A DNA stretch of 64,000 nucleotides, taken from NCBI GenBank assembly GCA_963804085.1, contig CAWDOQ010000002.1, positions 301,056 through 365,055 of the forward strand, written 5' to 3'. The translations under genes and the position numbers were made by a program. This document shows, in pieces, positions 62,530 to 64,000 of this stretch (position 1 is its first letter; every line of letters begins with the position of its first letter). This DNA is from Chlamydiia bacterium (GTDB lineage Bacteria > Chlamydiota > Chlamydiia > Chlamydiales > Rhabdochlamydiaceae). The notes under the pieces were generated by a model that was not told where the DNA came from, searched no databases, and saw only the letters and a list, made by a program, of their open reading frames with translations.

Positions 62530-63305
62530 CGGAAAATTAATGGCTGCTGGGGGCGAAGAGGTAGCCTTGCTTGGTTTTGAGGCGGGAAGGGGCAGGCGAG
62601 GAAGATGAGGGCTGTGAGGGGGAGGATGAGGATGAAGCTGGCGGGTTGGCCTGTGGTTTTGATTAGGCTGTGGATCAATATGGGAGAGGCGCCGACGATT
62701 AGGCTGTCGCAGATGTTGAAGCTGAATCCTAGGCATGTGTAGCGGACTGTTGTGGAAAATAGTCGGCCACTTAGGGCGGGAAAAAGGCGAAGGCGATGGA
62801 GAGAAAAAATATCAGGAGTGCTTGGAATGTTATTGTCCAAGCGAGGGATTGCTGATGGATGGAGGCGTAGAGGAGGAGCGATGTGAGCGCTGCTGCGATG
62901 GCGCTGTTTCGGAGTATTCGTGGGCGGTTTTTTTTGATTGTTCCAAAGATGGGTAGGAGGATGGTTCCTAGAACGAGGGAGCATACGACGATCACTATGT
63001 TCTGGTTGGCGCTGAGGTTGAATATTTTTGAGAACTGCTCCATGGGAAATACGGCCACGAGGAAAAAGCCTGTCACTTCGTAAAAGGGAAAGTCCTGACG
63101 CAAAGGAGCATTGTTTGCCAATGGTGTTGGAAGGCAAATTGGATGGGGTTTGCGACTGTTTTATTCTTCTCCTTGATGCTAGCAAACGAGTGGCTTTCGC
63201 GCATTTTACGCCGAAGAACGAAGCCAATAGGCCGAGTATTCCTCCTACGAGAAATGATAATTTCCATCCCCAAGTTAAAAGATCTGCTGGGGGAAGATAC
63301 TCCTT
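62530..63305 (-). pseudogene. 5'-truncated, multiply frameshifted MHS/ProP-like MFS transporter fragment
   Basis: LTWGWKLSFLVGG, RRKMRES and VRYTCLGFSFNI segments lie in different frames; the N-terminal half is replaced by unrelated high-GC DNA. Confidence 0.7.
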
Positions 63306-63529
63306 AAAGAGCGGGGCCAGAGCCGTGGCCGCGTCAGCCACGTCCTCTAGGTCGGTGTTCTCGCGGCGCACGATCAGCAATCGGCCGGTGAAGCCCTCCA
63401 GTGAGAACGGCGCCTCCGGCTGGGGTGTGAGCAGGCAACGCGCCAGGTAAGCCCAGGCGCCGGGATTGCAGAGTCCGCTGATAGAGTCGACCATCCGTGC
63501 GGATTTTAACAAAAAGCTATAATCGCCGC

Positions 63530-64000
63530 ATGCTGAAATGGGTCGAGATCGACCTCGACGCCGTCTCCGCCAACACGCGCTGGGTGCGCTCGCGCCTTGA
63601 GCCGGCGACCCGCCTGATGGCCGTGGTCAAGGCCGACGCTTACGGCCACGGCGCGCTGCGCGTGGCCTGGGCCGCCCTGGCCGCGGGCGCCGAGAACCTC
63701 GGGGTCCTGACCGTGGATCAGGCCCGCAGCCTGCGCCGTGACGGGATCAAGGCGCCCATCCAATTGCTTTCTCCGATCCTGCCCGAGGCAGCGCGCGAGG
63801 CGATTCGTCTCCGCCTTGGTCCCGACAGTCGACGACCTCCAGCAGGCTTCGGCGCTGGGCTCGGCGGCCGGTTCCCGGGGCCTGGCCGTTCACGTGGACC
63901 TCGATTTCGGCCTAGGCCGCTGGGGCAATCCCGCCCCAGGACCTGCCCGCTTTCATCAAGGGCTTGGGACGGCGGCGGCTGCGCCTGGCAGGGATCTCCA
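63530..64000 (+). CDS. alr: Alanine racemase (partial, high-GC, apparent frameshift after ~63815)
   Basis: MLKWVEIDLDAVSANTR...LMAVVKADAYGHGA PLP-lysine motif; later VHVDLDFGLGR. Confidence 0.9.
   Translation, partial: MLKWVEIDLDAVSANTRWVRSRLEPATRLMAVVKADAYGHGALRVAWAALAAGAENLGVLTVDQARSLRRDGIKAPIQLLSPILPEAAREAIRLRLGPDSRRPPAGFGAGLGGRFPGPGRSRGPRFRPRPLGQSRPRTCPLSSRAWDGGGCAWQGSP

Noticed and set aside
62355-63512. 385-aa ORF as a real fusion protein
   Set aside because: It runs across the GC junction and through in-frame and out-of-frame parts of the broken MFS gene.
1-64000. CRISPR array
   Set aside because: No run of identical 25-45 bp repeats with unique spacers and no cas genes; the repeats seen are short-period or palindromic.
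1-64000. DGR reverse transcriptase or template repeat within the window
   Set aside because: I found no ORF with reverse transcriptase motifs and no AAC-rich near-copy of 30780-30900 by eye, so only a remote target is proposed.

Overview
Chromosomal segment of an environmental chlamydia (phylum Chlamydiota). The assignment rests on grgA-gapA-rplQ...rplC and fmt-lpxA-fabZ-lpxC-lnt order, plus an rsbW-lptE-bamD-dnaE-uhpC block, all matching Chlamydia as I recall it. Roughly 0-42 kb is mostly core genome: tRNA-Leu(TAA), the S10/spc/alpha ribosomal cluster, lipid A genes, rRNA methyltransferases, dac, copA, dnaE and uhpC, with several palindromic intergenic repeat families. Roughly 42-63 kb is accessory: an AbiE toxin-antitoxin islet, SNARE-like tail-anchored proteins, F-box and U-box proteins, an RHS toxin with immunity genes, and an AT-rich MazG-GNAT-methyltransferase-MFS-ASCH island. 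The last ~700 bp switch abruptly to high-GC DNA encoding alanine racemase and look like an assembly or contig junction. The best candidate for a new system is an F-box gene (30776-31760) whose 3' end looks like a diversity-generating retroelement (DGR) variable region: 14 consecutive NNC codons in a putative C-type-lectin-like tail, followed by a GC-rich hairpin with a GAA loop. That would be a hypervariable adaptor for host SCF ubiquitin ligase; I saw no reverse transcriptase or template repeat in this window. Other leads are Qc-SNARE-like proteins, three tandem Pex11/Cap1-like membrane proteins, an orphan NHLP RiPP precursor, a covarying structured repeat in the tRNA trailer and a 660-bp nested palindrome. 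Many genes carry single-base frameshifts, probably sequencing errors. All family calls come from motif recognition; no searches were run.
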